From NCBI GenBank assembly GCA_050998035.1, contig JBPCQO010000202.1, forward strand, positions 1 through 53,835: a stretch of 53,835 nt of DNA, in the 5' to 3' direction. Shown here one piece after another: positions 1-9,423 of the stretch. Position numbers and translations under genes: made by a program. Position 1 is the stretch's first letter; each line of letters starts with the position of its first letter. Origin of the DNA: Gemmatimonadaceae bacterium (GTDB lineage Bacteria > Gemmatimonadota > Gemmatimonadetes > Gemmatimonadales > Gemmatimonadaceae). The notes beneath the pieces are model-generated. The model ran no database searches. It saw only the letters and a program-made list of their open reading frames with translations, and had not been told where the DNA came from.

Positions 1-1909
1 AGTTGGTTCCGAAGGCACTGTTCTGGTCCGAGCGAAGTGCACCCGTCAGGAACACTCGGTCCCTGATTCCGAATAATTGTTCGATGAAGACACCGAATGT
101 CTTGGAATCATTGTGATCTGACGTGACCAGTTGGGTGGCTCCCGCATCCACAGTCGTTGCGCCAGGTGGGAGCGTCAGTCCCTGCGCACCGTTACGGTAA
201 AATGCGTTGCTCACCCACTGCGTGCCGAGGGAGGTTCTCGAGTTGAGCCATCTCCGCGGATTGAACGTCGCCGTGGCCACTCCGTTCACCGTCGTGGTAC
301 GGATGGAGGCGCGATCGTCGGTCGCGAAGCCCAGTCGCGCGGTTCCGATGTTGCCGCAGTTACCGCGACGGCAGAGCTGTTGGTCGGTCCTCGCGGTGTA
401 GTCGAGGCCGCCGTCCGCCCGCGCGGATAGCCAGCTCGCCGGCCTGTAGGTCAGATTCGTGCTGCCGATGTAGCGGTTGATGAACTGCGTGGATACGTCC
501 TGAAAGCTTTCCGCCGGAGTGTCCCTGCTATAACCGTGCAGCGGAAACCCAATTGAGCTCAGGCCGTTGTTCTCGTAACCAGGGCCGCCGAAACCGTTGG
601 AGAGCACTCCGAAGGCGTTGTTATCGGACTGCGGCAGGCGGCTGCGTAAGGTTATGTAGTTGGTCGACACCTGCGCATCGAACTTGGGCGACGGTGAGAT
701 GGTCACGTTGGCACGCGCGCTTCCGCGGGCCAAGTCGTTCGGCGTCCGCCACTCGGGAAGGATCGCGATGCCAAGCGTGTCCAACCGCTGGATATCAAAA
801 TTCGGAATCTTGAATATCCCCGTCTCATGGGTGTACTCGCCGGATGTGAAGAAGCGTACGATCTCTGAGCCGCCCTGGATCTGCAGGCCAGCATTCCTGC
901 GGTAGCCGTTACCGAGCGGCGTCGTGTTCGGATTCTCGAACAGGTTGAACTTGCTCAGGCTATCCTGGATGCATGCTCCGGTCGATACCGACGTCACGCT
1001 CGCCTTGCTGCAATTGGTTGTGCTCCCGGCGGGTGCGTGGGCGAAGATCGTATAGGCGGTGGGATACTGGTTCCGGTCCTGGATGAGTCCCGTCTCGCCA
1101 AAAACGGAATAGCGGGTATCCCCCGCGTGCCCCCGTTTGGTGGTGATGACGATCACGCCATTCGCCGCATCCGTTCCATACAGCGTCGCCGCGGAAGGAC
1201 CCTTCACAATCTCGATACTCTCGATCTCGTCGGGATTGATGTCCTGCGCTCGGCTCTGAGCAGCGCCGCCAGTGAAGATGTTGCCGCTGATCGATCCGTT
1301 AGAGCTCGTCATGCGAACCCCGTCGATGATGTAGATCGGATCGTTCACCAGACTGAGGGAATTGGTGCCGCGAATGCGGATGTTGGCCCCAGTTCCAGTC
1401 GTGTTTCCGGGCTCCACCACCACGCCGGGCGCCTGCGCCGCGACCAGGCTGGCGAGATCGGTGACCGGCGCCTGTTGTGCCCGTTGGGCGGCATTGATAG
1501 TGGAGATAGCATTACCCTGCTCTACCCGCCGCTGCTCACCAGTGGCTGTGGTTACCACGGCCGACAACTGCACCGACGTGGCGGTTAGCTGGAAGTCAAG
1601 CGTCGCCGACTGGCCGGTGGTGACCATGACGCCCTTCTTCTGTTCCTGGTATCCGACCCGGATCACGCGAACCGTGGCAGCTCCGGCCGGTACGTTCCGG
1701 AGAGTGTACTGCCCGGTCGCATTTGTCCCGGTGATGAGGTTAGTGCCGACAAGTGTTACACGGGTATCGGGGAGCGCGGCGCCACCCTCTCCGGTAACTC
1801 GACCGGTAATGGTCGTGGACTGGGCGACCGCGACGCTGACGCCAATGGTCATTAGCATGATGGGGGCGAGCACCGCATACACGATGTGCCGAACCTGGCT
1901 TGTACTCAT
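1..1909 (-). CDS. TonB-dependent outer-membrane receptor, SusC/RagA-like, with N-terminal carboxypeptidase-regulatory-like domain (C-terminal part runs off the window start)
   Basis: Absent from the ORF track because it has no stop inside the window. Manual translation from ATG (cat at 1907-1909) gives [57 protein letters not shown]..., then ...[24 protein letters not shown]...[38 protein letters not shown] (plug domain). The frame stays open to position 1. Confidence 0.85.
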   Translation of the reverse strand, partial: [636 protein letters not shown]

Positions 1910-2165
1910 TTACACACATCCGAGTGGAGGTGGAGAACGACGGACAGAACTGCTTTCCGGGTACCAAAACTCAATGGAACCGGAACGCTGCACCCGACAG
2001 TCGGTCTGCTGGATTCGACCGTGCAGCGACGGGTCAGGTGAGTGGCGTCGAAAGTACGCCGGTTCGTACGATACCGCCAGACGGAAATGCTCAGTTAATC
2101 AGCTGGCATTAACACCTGGGCGATCTGGTTCGTCTACCGTGCGATCACCTCGGACAAACAATCAA

Positions 2166-4208
2166 ATGCCTCGTTACGCATGGTGCTGGGCGTGCGCCTG
2201 TATCACCGCCCCGTTGGTCGCCCCGTCATTGGCGCTATCGCAGCACCCCAAGAGCAGTGCCGGATCCGCCACAACGGCGACCGTACCGTCGGCTGGACCT
2301 TCTATAAGGGAGCAGACGGCGGATCAGCAGGTGATGCAGGTGCTCAACCGCCTCGCCTTTGGTCCCCGACCCGGCGAGCCTGCTGAGGTGCGCAAGATGG
2401 GCATAGACCACTGGACAGAACAGCAGCTGCACCCCGAGCAGGTCGACGACTCTGCCATCGACCAGATGGTTGCCCGATATCCGCTCCTGAACCAGAGCCA
2501 AGCCGAACTTGCGGCCCAGTACACGCAAGCACAACGCGAGCGCCGTCGGCTCAAGCGGGTCGAGAGTGATACTACCAAGAAGGATGCTGCAACAGTTGAT
2601 ACTACGCAGCAGGTGGCGGCGAACGTCGCTGGCGTGAACGTTACGAACGTGAACGTTGCTGACCCGGACGGGCTGAAGCAGATCCAGAAGCAGCGCGCGC
2701 AGCTAGTCGGGGAAATTTCGTCGGTGCGTGTGGCGCGTGCAGTCGCGAGCAATCGGCAGCTGCTCGAGGTCATGACTGACTTCTGGGAAAACCACTTCAA
2801 TGTGTACGTGCGGAAGAATGCGATCGAACCGTACTATCTCGCGGATTACGATCACACGATCCGGGAACACGCCTTCGGCAAGTTTCGCGATCTGCTTGGG
2901 GCGGTCGCGCATTCGCCGGCAATGCTGGTGTACCTGGACAACGCGCAGAGCCGGGCGAATCCGGGACAGCCGACGCTGCCAGCTCAGCGTTCGCAAGGTA
3001 TGGTGCTCGCGCGGGGCGGCAGAGCGATCGGCGTGAGCGACGTAACCCCACGCAGACAGCTGGATCCAGCGCAGGCGATGCGGTTGCGCCAATTCGCGGC
3101 AAACGCCAAGAAGAAAAATGGCGGCCTGAACGAGAACTATGGTCGCGAGCTGCTGGAGCTGCACACGCTGGGCGTGGACGGTGGCTACAGCCAACAGGAT
3201 GTGATTGAGGCAGCGCGCGCGCTGACGGGGTGGAGTGTGCGTCTCCCGGCTCAGGGCGGCGGCTTCGTGTTCCGACCGGAGTGGCACGACGCCGCGTCGA
3301 AGACCTTCATGGGCCACCAGCTGCCGGCTGGTCGCGGGGAAGAAGACGGTGATGCGATCCTCGACATCGTGGCGCGCAGCCCGGCCACGGCTCACTTTAT
3401 AGCGCTGAGATTGGCGCAGCGCTTTGTGAGCGACTCGCCATCCACTGCGCTGGTGAACCGAGCCGCGCAGACATTTCTCACCACTGACGGCGACATTCGC
3501 GAAGTTGTGCGCACCATCGTAACCTCGCCGGAGTTCTTCGCTGCAAGCGCGTACCACTCCAAGGTTAAGTCTCCTTTTGAAGTGGCGGTGAGCGCGGCTC
3601 GCGCATTGGACTCGCAGCCAGATACGACGCCGAGGACGGCCATCGCGGTGGCATATCTGGGCGAGCAGATATATGGACACCAGGCACCGGACGGATGGCC
3701 CGAGACTGGAGAGTCGTGGATGAATACGGGCGCGATCCTGAACAGAATCAACTTCGGAATGGCGGTTGCGGCCAACCGGCTACCCGGTGCTAGTCTGCAG
3801 AACCTTCCCGGCGCCGACTCTCTCGCACGCGCACCACGCAGTCAGCAGGTGGATGCCGTCGTGGCGAGTATCCTCGGCGGCGCCGTCTCGCCAGACACAC
3901 GCAAGATCCTCCTCAGCGGCGAGCATCCGTTGGCGGAGAGCGCGGCACAAAAGGCTTCTCAGCAGGCGACGGCTGCAAGCACGGTCGACATGACTGCGAC
4001 TGCTGGCGCAGACGCCATGAACGCCGGCATGAGCGCAAATACAGATGCGGCTACCCGCGTGAAGGGAGCGGGTAAGCAGGGGGGGGGAATCAACCTGGGC
4101 GTGCGCGGCGCCGGGCGCGCGGGAATTGTAGGCGCGCCGCCGCAGCTCACGGGTTTCGCGCAGGTAGTTGGACTGGCACTCGGCTCACCCGAGTTCCAGC
4201 GCCGATAA
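2166..4208 (+). CDS. DUF1800 domain-containing protein
   Basis: In-frame ATG at 2166 inside track ORF 1362..4208. Characteristic strings are VLNRLAFGPRPGE, MTDFWENHFNV, NENYGRELLELHTLGVDGGYSQQDV and TGWPETGESWMN. The 5' part of the track ORF overlaps the receptor gene and is rejected. Confidence 0.85.
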   Translation: MPRYAWCWACACITAPLVAPSLALSQHPKSSAGSATTATVPSAGPSIREQTADQQVMQVLNRLAFGPRPGEPAEVRKMGIDHWTEQQLHPEQVDDSAIDQMVARYPLLNQSQAELAAQYTQAQRERRRLKRVESDTTKKDAATVDTTQQVAANVAGVNVTNVNVADPDGLKQIQKQRAQLVGEISSVRVARAVASNRQLLEVMTDFWENHFNVYVRKNAIEPYYLADYDHTIREHAFGKFRDLLGAVAHSPAMLVYLDNAQSRANPGQPTLPAQRSQGMVLARGGRAIGVSDVTPRRQLDPAQAMRLRQFAANAKKKNGGLNENYGRELLELHTLGVDGGYSQQDVIEAARALTGWSVRLPAQGGGFVFRPEWHDAASKTFMGHQLPAGRGEEDGDAILDIVARSPATAHFIALRLAQRFVSDSPSTALVNRAAQTFLTTDGDIREVVRTIVTSPEFFAASAYHSKVKSPFEVAVSAARALDSQPDTTPRTAIAVAYLGEQIYGHQAPDGWPETGESWMNTGAILNRINFGMAVAANRLPGASLQNLPGADSLARAPRSQQVDAVVASILGGAVSPDTRKILLSGEHPLAESAAQKASQQATAASTVDMTATAGADAMNAGMSANTDAATRVKGAGKQGGGINLGVRGAGRAGIVGAPPQLTGFAQVVGLALGSPEFQRR

Positions 4209-4280
4209 CGAGGGCGCGGCGCAATGGGGCGCGGCTTCAGCCGCGCCCCAGGGAATCAGTACCATCAACAAGAGCCGATC

Positions 4281-5543
4281 ATGGAACGCAGAGCATTCGT
4301 AAAGTCCGGCGCACTGGCGCTGGTCACACTTGGACTCAGTCCCAGCTTCCTGCGCCGCATGGCGTACGGAATGGATTTCAAGAACGTGCCAAAGGGAAAG
4401 ACACTGGTATGCCTCTTTCAACGTGGCGCGGCTGATGGCCTGAACGTGCTGGTGCCACACGGAGAGAAGGCATACTACGATCTGCGTCCCACGATCGCCG
4501 TGGCGCGACCTGGAGCCGGGGCAAATTCAGCGATCGATCTGGATGGGTTCTTCGGCCTGCACCCGTCGCTCGCACCGCTCAAGCCACTGTGGGATCAGAA
4601 GCTGCTCGCGCCGATTCATGCAGTCGGGAGCCCAAGCTCATCGCGCTCGCACTTCGACGCGCAGGACTTCATGGAGACGGGAACACCCGACGTGAAGGGA
4701 ACGCCCGACGGTTGGCTCAACCGTCTGCTCGCCGTGGAAGGCACGTGCCAGCAGTGCGCGACACCGTCCGCTGCTTCGTCCGCGTTTCGGGCAATCGCAA
4801 TGACGCCACAGACGCCCCGAATTCTTGAAGGGCGGTCCGAGACCATCGCGATGAATTCGCTGGGAGAGTTCTCGGTACGCACCACCGGGAGCGAGGCTCA
4901 GCGGCTGGAAGCGTTGTATCGCACCGGGAGCGCCGATCTGGTGCACGGTGCCGGCCAGGAGATGTTCGATGCGGTGAAGCTGATGCGCTCCGCCAATCCG
5001 CAACAGTACGCGCCACGAAACGGTGCGCAGTATCCGCGTTCGCAATTCGGTCAGCGACTGATGCAGATTGCGCAGCTCATCAAGTCCAACGTGGGGCTGG
5101 AGGTGGCGTTCGCGGATGTGGGCGGATGGGACACGCACGTGAATCAGGGCGGCGGTACTGGTCAACTCGCGGCACGGCTGGACGATTTCTCTAAATCAGT
5201 CGCGGCATTCGTGGTGGATATGGGCGACCAGATGAATGACGTGATGGTTCTGACGATGTCGGAGTTCGGGCGCACCGCGCACGAGAATGGCAACCGCGGC
5301 ACCGACCACGGTCACGCGACGGCGTTCTTCGTTCTGGGCGGCGGGGTGAAGGGCGGCAAGGTGTACGGCAAATGGCCGGGACTCGAGCCGGAGCAGCTGA
5401 ATGAAGGGCGCGATCTGAAGCTCACCACCGACTTCCGAACCGTGTTCAGCGAGGTCGCCGTCAAGCACCTGGGTGCAACTCGGGTGGAAAAGATCTTCCC
5501 GGGGTACGCGGGTGGGTCACACGATTGGCTTGGGCTGGTGTGA
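4281..5543 (+). CDS. DUF1501 domain-containing protein (sulfatase-fold) with a Tat-type signal
   Basis: MERRAFVKSGALALVTLGLS is a twin-arginine-like N-terminus. GGWDTHVNQ and MSEFGRTAHENGNRGTDHGHA are typical of DUF1501. It lies directly downstream of DUF1800, the usual pairing. Confidence 0.85.
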   Translation: MERRAFVKSGALALVTLGLSPSFLRRMAYGMDFKNVPKGKTLVCLFQRGAADGLNVLVPHGEKAYYDLRPTIAVARPGAGANSAIDLDGFFGLHPSLAPLKPLWDQKLLAPIHAVGSPSSSRSHFDAQDFMETGTPDVKGTPDGWLNRLLAVEGTCQQCATPSAASSAFRAIAMTPQTPRILEGRSETIAMNSLGEFSVRTTGSEAQRLEALYRTGSADLVHGAGQEMFDAVKLMRSANPQQYAPRNGAQYPRSQFGQRLMQIAQLIKSNVGLEVAFADVGGWDTHVNQGGGTGQLAARLDDFSKSVAAFVVDMGDQMNDVMVLTMSEFGRTAHENGNRGTDHGHATAFFVLGGGVKGGKVYGKWPGLEPEQLNEGRDLKLTTDFRTVFSEVAVKHLGATRVEKIFPGYAGGSHDWLGLV

Positions 5544-5574
5544 CCTGGTGGTAGCTCATACTGGTGGCAACCAC

Positions 5575-5599
5575 TAGGAGCTACCAGTAGGAGCTATCA
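5575..5599. repeat. 13-bp tandem direct repeat TAGGAGCTA(C/T)CA x2 in a convergent intergenic spacer
   Basis: Read directly: taggagctacca (5575-5586), g, taggagctatca (5588-5599). The upstream ggtagctc (about 5550-5557) can pair with gagctacc (5578-5585). Confidence 0.5.
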
Positions 5600-5606
5600 C
5601 CGCTGG

Positions 5607-7718
5607 CTACCACCTGAATACCCGCTTGAAGAAGCCACCAATCCCCTTCCCGATCTTTTTCACCGCCTGGGGCACCTGGTCCTGGGGCGGCTGCGCAACA
5701 GTATCCTGCGGCGGTGGCTCCGGCGCGCCGTGCACGGGGCACGGATCAGTCGGCTCAGTTCCGGGTTTGTAGTAGTCAGGCTGCGTCACCGGACACCACT
5801 CGTTGGCCAGATATCCGGTCTTTGCATCTATTATCACTTCCGACATTCCGGGAGGCGGGCGCCACGAGCCCGCGGGCGCTGGCTCGTTCCAGCCACTGAG
5901 ATAGAAGTCGGCCCACGCGGGCGCTGCAAGCCGCCCGCCCGATGCGTTGCTGCTGATGGGGCGCGGCGTGTCGTAGCCGAACCAGAATCCAGCGACGATG
6001 GTCGGCGTGTAGCCGATGAACCAGACGTCGGTGCCGTCATTGGTGGTGCCGGTCTTTCCCGCGACCAGCCCCTTGACACCGTAGTCGCGGACCACGTTAC
6101 CGGTACCGTAATTCACTACCGACTGCAGCATCGACGTGAGCTGATACACATCCTGTGGCTGCATCACTCGGACGCGCTGGTTGTCGCTGCTCCAGAGCAC
6201 GTTGCCGTCGACTGTCTCGAAGCGGCGCACGAGGCGCGGCGTCACGCGCCACCCTCCGTTCGCGAACGGCGCGTAAGCCCGCACGATTTCCATTGGCGTG
6301 ACTTCGAGCGCACCGAGCGCGGCTGAGGGGACATCGGGGAGCTCGCTCGTGATGCCGTTTCGGTGAGCGGTCGCGAGTATAGCGGGGATGCCCACCATCT
6401 CACTGACGCGCACTGTCGCGGTATTGTCCGATCGGATCAGCGCGCGCCGAAAGGTTATGCGTCCCTCGTACTCGCCGTTGTAATTCTGTGGAGACCATAC
6501 GGTTCGCCCGACATGCACATGGACCGGGTCATCGCTGACTTCGCTCGCAGGCGTATATCCAGCGTTTAAAGCGGTGGCGTAGACGAACGGCTTAAAGGCG
6601 GAGCCCGGCTGCCGGTGCGCCAGCAGCGCGCGGTTAAAGCTGCCGCGCTGATACCGTCTGCCACCCACAAGCGCTCTGATGTCGCCGGTGCGCGGGTCCA
6701 GCGCCACCATCGCGCCCTCGACGTGCTCGCCTCGACTGTACGATTCTGTCTGGATCACCGCGGTCTGCTTGCGCACCGCCCTGTCGGCCGCCGCCTGTGC
6801 TCGCGCGTCGAGCGTGGTATAGACGGTAAGATCGTTGACGTCGAGCGAGCCGCTCTTGAGCACCGAATCGACAACATCGCGCACTGCATCAATTGCGTAT
6901 GAGTCGCCGGCGAGATCGGGTCGCCACTCCTGCCGAGCGATGCGGAGCGGGGTGTCGCGGAAGCGGGCGGCCTGCTGGTCGGAGATGTAGCCTTCCCTGG
7001 CCATGAGCGACAGCACCAGGTTGCGCCTCGTAATCGCACGCATCGGAGCTCGGCGCGGGGTGTAGGCGGACGGCCCCTTGGGGAGCGCGGCGAGCATGGC
7101 GCCTTCGGGAACGGTGAGGTTGCTGACGTGCTTGTCGAAGAGATCGCGGCTGGCTGCCTCCACGCCGTAGACCCCGTTGCCGAGGTAGATGACGTTGAGG
7201 TACAGCTCGAGGATCTGGTCCTTGGTGAGATTGCGCTCGAGCAGACGGGAGAGCCGCATCTCCAGCAGCTTCTGCTTGAAGGAGCGCCCCTTGTAGCGGC
7301 GCACGACAAAGGTGTTTCTCACCACCTGCATCGTTATGGTGGAGAAACCCTCGCGCACTCCGCCCGCGCGCACGTTGCGCAATGTTGCGCGGACGAGTGC
7401 GTGCCAGTCAATGCCGTTGTGCTGATAGAAGCGCCGGTCCTCGGTGGCGACGAATGCTTCGCGCACGGGAACCGGAACCGCCGACAGCGGTACATTCACA
7501 CGCCGAACCACGGCGAGGTGTGAGATGAACTGGCCGTCGCGATCGAGGACCCGTCCGCCCTCGTCCGGATGAAACGATCTTATGTCTGCCGCGGTCGGGC
7601 AACCGCCGCCACCGCACGTCCCCAACCAGAAGTCAAAAGCGTACACGGCGACGCTGAGGACCACCAGCGCCGCGAGTATATATTGCTTCCTGCCAATCCT
7701 GTCGAACCGTAGGTTCAT
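5607..7718 (-). CDS. Class A penicillin-binding protein (PBP1A family: transglycosylase plus transpeptidase)
   Basis: EDRRFYQHNGIDW and GFSTITMQV mark GT51. SAFKP, SDN and KTGTT are transpeptidase motifs. Start chosen at MNLRFDRIGRKQYILAALVVLSV (cat at 7716-7718), which supplies the N-terminal TM anchor. Confidence 0.9.
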   Translation of the reverse strand: MNLRFDRIGRKQYILAALVVLSVAVYAFDFWLGTCGGGGCPTAADIRSFHPDEGGRVLDRDGQFISHLAVVRRVNVPLSAVPVPVREAFVATEDRRFYQHNGIDWHALVRATLRNVRAGGVREGFSTITMQVVRNTFVVRRYKGRSFKQKLLEMRLSRLLERNLTKDQILELYLNVIYLGNGVYGVEAASRDLFDKHVSNLTVPEGAMLAALPKGPSAYTPRRAPMRAITRRNLVLSLMAREGYISDQQAARFRDTPLRIARQEWRPDLAGDSYAIDAVRDVVDSVLKSGSLDVNDLTVYTTLDARAQAAADRAVRKQTAVIQTESYSRGEHVEGAMVALDPRTGDIRALVGGRRYQRGSFNRALLAHRQPGSAFKPFVYATALNAGYTPASEVSDDPVHVHVGRTVWSPQNYNGEYEGRITFRRALIRSDNTATVRVSEMVGIPAILATAHRNGITSELPDVPSAALGALEVTPMEIVRAYAPFANGGWRVTPRLVRRFETVDGNVLWSSDNQRVRVMQPQDVYQLTSMLQSVVNYGTGNVVRDYGVKGLVAGKTGTTNDGTDVWFIGYTPTIVAGFWFGYDTPRPISSNASGGRLAAPAWADFYLSGWNEPAPAGSWRPPPGMSEVIIDAKTGYLANEWCPVTQPDYYKPGTEPTDPCPVHGAPEPPPQDTVAQPPQDQVPQAVKKIGKGIGGFFKRVFRW

Positions 7719-8769
7719 GCCAAAAATGTATCGTTCAGTTTCTAAAGCCCTCGCAGCACTCGCCGCGACAGCATCCCTCGCCTGCTCCAAGGGCGAAGCC
7801 CGGCCCCCGTCAGCAGCGGACGCTAATACCCCCAAAGCCGTCGAAACGACAAGCAACTCGTCGGGCACTGCGTCCGGTACTGCATCCAGCGCTCCCAACG
7901 AGAGCTCTTCGCAGGCAGGCCAGGCGCGCGCGCCCAACAAGCTCGGCCGGATTCTGGTTTTGGGACATCACGTGATCGGCGACCACGACGCGCTATACAG
8001 CCGCACCCGGGAGCACTTCCGCGCCGACCTGGAGGACGCGTACCGCCGCGGCTATCGTCCCATCAACATGTCGCAGATGCTGGCCAAGGATTTTAGCGAT
8101 GTGCCCGGCGGCATGTCGCCCGTGGTCGTGGTCTTCGATGATGCCTCACCGTCACAGTTTCGCTACATCGACCACGGCGGCCAACTCCAGATAGATCCCA
8201 CCAGCGGCATCGGGATCTGGCTCGACTTTGCCAAGTCGCATCCGGGATGGAAGAACCGGGCCGTGTTCTGCATGCTCAATGGTGGCGCGGCGGGCCACAA
8301 CTTTTTCGGCGACGGTCCCAAGTTCGAGGGTCAGCAGAAGGCGTGGCGCTTCCAAAAGGTGAAGTGGCTGGCCGACAATGGCTTCGAGCTGTGCGACCAT
8401 ACCCTCTGGCACGCGATGCTCAACAAGTACTCGGACGCAGTGGTACAGGAGCAGATCGCACGGAACGCGATGGGCATCGATTCCGCCGTGCCGGGGTACA
8501 AGATTCGTACGATGGCACTGCCATACGGCATCTGGCCCAAGAACAAGTCACTCGCTTGGCATGGCTCGTGGACCGATCCGAAGACGGGCACGACCCACAG
8601 CTACAACTTCGATACGGTAATGGAAGTGAGCGGCGGCCCGACGCGCAGTCCGTACGACCCGCAGTTCGACCCGCATCACGTCACACGCGTCGAAGCGATC
8701 GGAAACGGAATCTCGCAGGCGTTAGCCAATCTGGACAAGACGAACACCAGATTCGTCGCTGGCAAATAA
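7717..8769 (+). CDS. Polysaccharide deacetylase family lipoprotein
   Basis: MPKMYRSVSKALAALAATASLACSKGE is a signal with a lipobox-like LAC. VVVFDDASPSQF and CDHTLWH are NodB-type motifs. An alternative start is ATG 7726. Confidence 0.75.
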   Translation: MPKMYRSVSKALAALAATASLACSKGEARPPSAADANTPKAVETTSNSSGTASGTASSAPNESSSQAGQARAPNKLGRILVLGHHVIGDHDALYSRTREHFRADLEDAYRRGYRPINMSQMLAKDFSDVPGGMSPVVVVFDDASPSQFRYIDHGGQLQIDPTSGIGIWLDFAKSHPGWKNRAVFCMLNGGAAGHNFFGDGPKFEGQQKAWRFQKVKWLADNGFELCDHTLWHAMLNKYSDAVVQEQIARNAMGIDSAVPGYKIRTMALPYGIWPKNKSLAWHGSWTDPKTGTTHSYNFDTVMEVSGGPTRSPYDPQFDPHHVTRVEAIGNGISQALANLDKTNTRFVAGK

Positions 8770-8778
8770 ACACTCGTT

Positions 8779-8807
8779 CGTAGGGGCGACCGCCGGTCGC
8801 CCCTACG
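8779..8807. terminator. Perfect 13-bp-stem hairpin between convergent genes (possible bidirectional terminator)
   Basis: cgtaggggcgacc-gcc-ggtcgcccctacg, read directly. There is no clear U-tract on either side. Confidence 0.45.
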
Positions 8808-8869
8808 AAAGGCACGGCGGGTCCGCGCAGCGACGGAGCGCGATGTTTTTCCGCAATCGCAACCCGTCT

Positions 8870-9313
8870 TTATATTTTCCACCCACGCAATGTCTCCAAC
8901 GCTGTCTCCAGCGCGAGGCGTTGCGGGACGTGGGAAGCGGTACTCAGCAACTGTTCGTAGGTGCGGATCGCGAGGTCCAGGGCCTCACGATCGTGCTCGG
9001 CGCCGGCGAGCGCCGCGGCATTATCAGCCAGGTTTGCGCGGGCCAGTTCGTCGGTTGGGAACTGTTCCGAGACCTGGCGCCAGCGCTCGGTTCGGGCACG
9101 CGGACTAGCTTCCGCGAGCGCCCACAGGTGCCATGCGCCACGGTTGTTCCGATCCATACTCCGCGCTCGCTCGGCTATGTCGCCGACGACGTCGGGACCG
9201 CGTCCTTCGAGCCAGTACGCGTTGGCCAGGCGCACCAGCGCCTGGGCGTCGTTGGGCGATTTGGCGACGTCGCGCTCCAGCTCGGCCACAGTTGGGAGAG
9301 AAAGATCATCCAT
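8870..9313 (-). CDS. Hypothetical protein, TPR-like helical
   Basis: 147-aa ORF with a natural-looking helical sequence (AQALVRLANAYWLEGRG...). The competing + strand ORFs are Arg/Ala-rich GC shadows. Confidence 0.6.
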   Translation of the reverse strand: MDDLSLPTVAELERDVAKSPNDAQALVRLANAYWLEGRGPDVVGDIAERARSMDRNNRGAWHLWALAEASPRARTERWRQVSEQFPTDELARANLADNAAALAGAEHDREALDLAIRTYEQLLSTASHVPQRLALETALETLRGWKI

Positions 9314-9377
9314 GCGGCGAAATGTATCCCTCTGGACAATGGCCGAGGCCGGTGCTAGCGTTTAGGGCAGCAGGAAT

Positions 9378-9423
9378 GAAGTGAAGTACGGAAGTACGAT
9401 TGAGTGAAGTAGGATTGAAGTAC
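9378..9423. promoter_or_regulatory. Array of five GAAGT(A/G) motifs in the divergent TPR-like/rho intergenic region
   Basis: gaatGAAGTGAAGTACgGAAGTACgattgagtGAAGTAGgattGAAGTAC, read directly in a locally lower-GC stretch. It is followed by the hairpin tgcgcgc-gatacg-gcgcgca. Confidence 0.4.

Noticed and set aside
1362-2165. The 5' 800 nt of the 948-aa track ORF (1362..4208), together with + strand ORFs 131..430, 553..813 and 1037..1588
   Set aside because: They lie antisense to a convincing TonB-dependent receptor frame and translate to Arg/Ala/Cys-rich nonsense. The DUF1800 homology only begins after ATG 2166.
1910-2165. Possible riboswitch (for example cobalamin or TPP) in the 5' region of the TonB-dependent receptor
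   Set aside because: There are hairpins, but I could not find a B12-box-like or other riboswitch consensus by eye. It is left as a suggested Rfam scan only.
2703-3680. 325-aa antisense ORF inside DUF1800. Similar long shadow ORFs are 12327..13274, 14694..15404, 17854..19416, 25384..26238, 27615..28433, 34314..35588, 40649..41506, 47764..48843, 49194..50021 and 52757..53710
   Set aside because: These are typical high-GC stop-codon-poor antisense frames. They are Arg/His/Pro/Gly-rich with no recognisable motifs, and each fully overlaps a gene with clear family signatures on the other strand.
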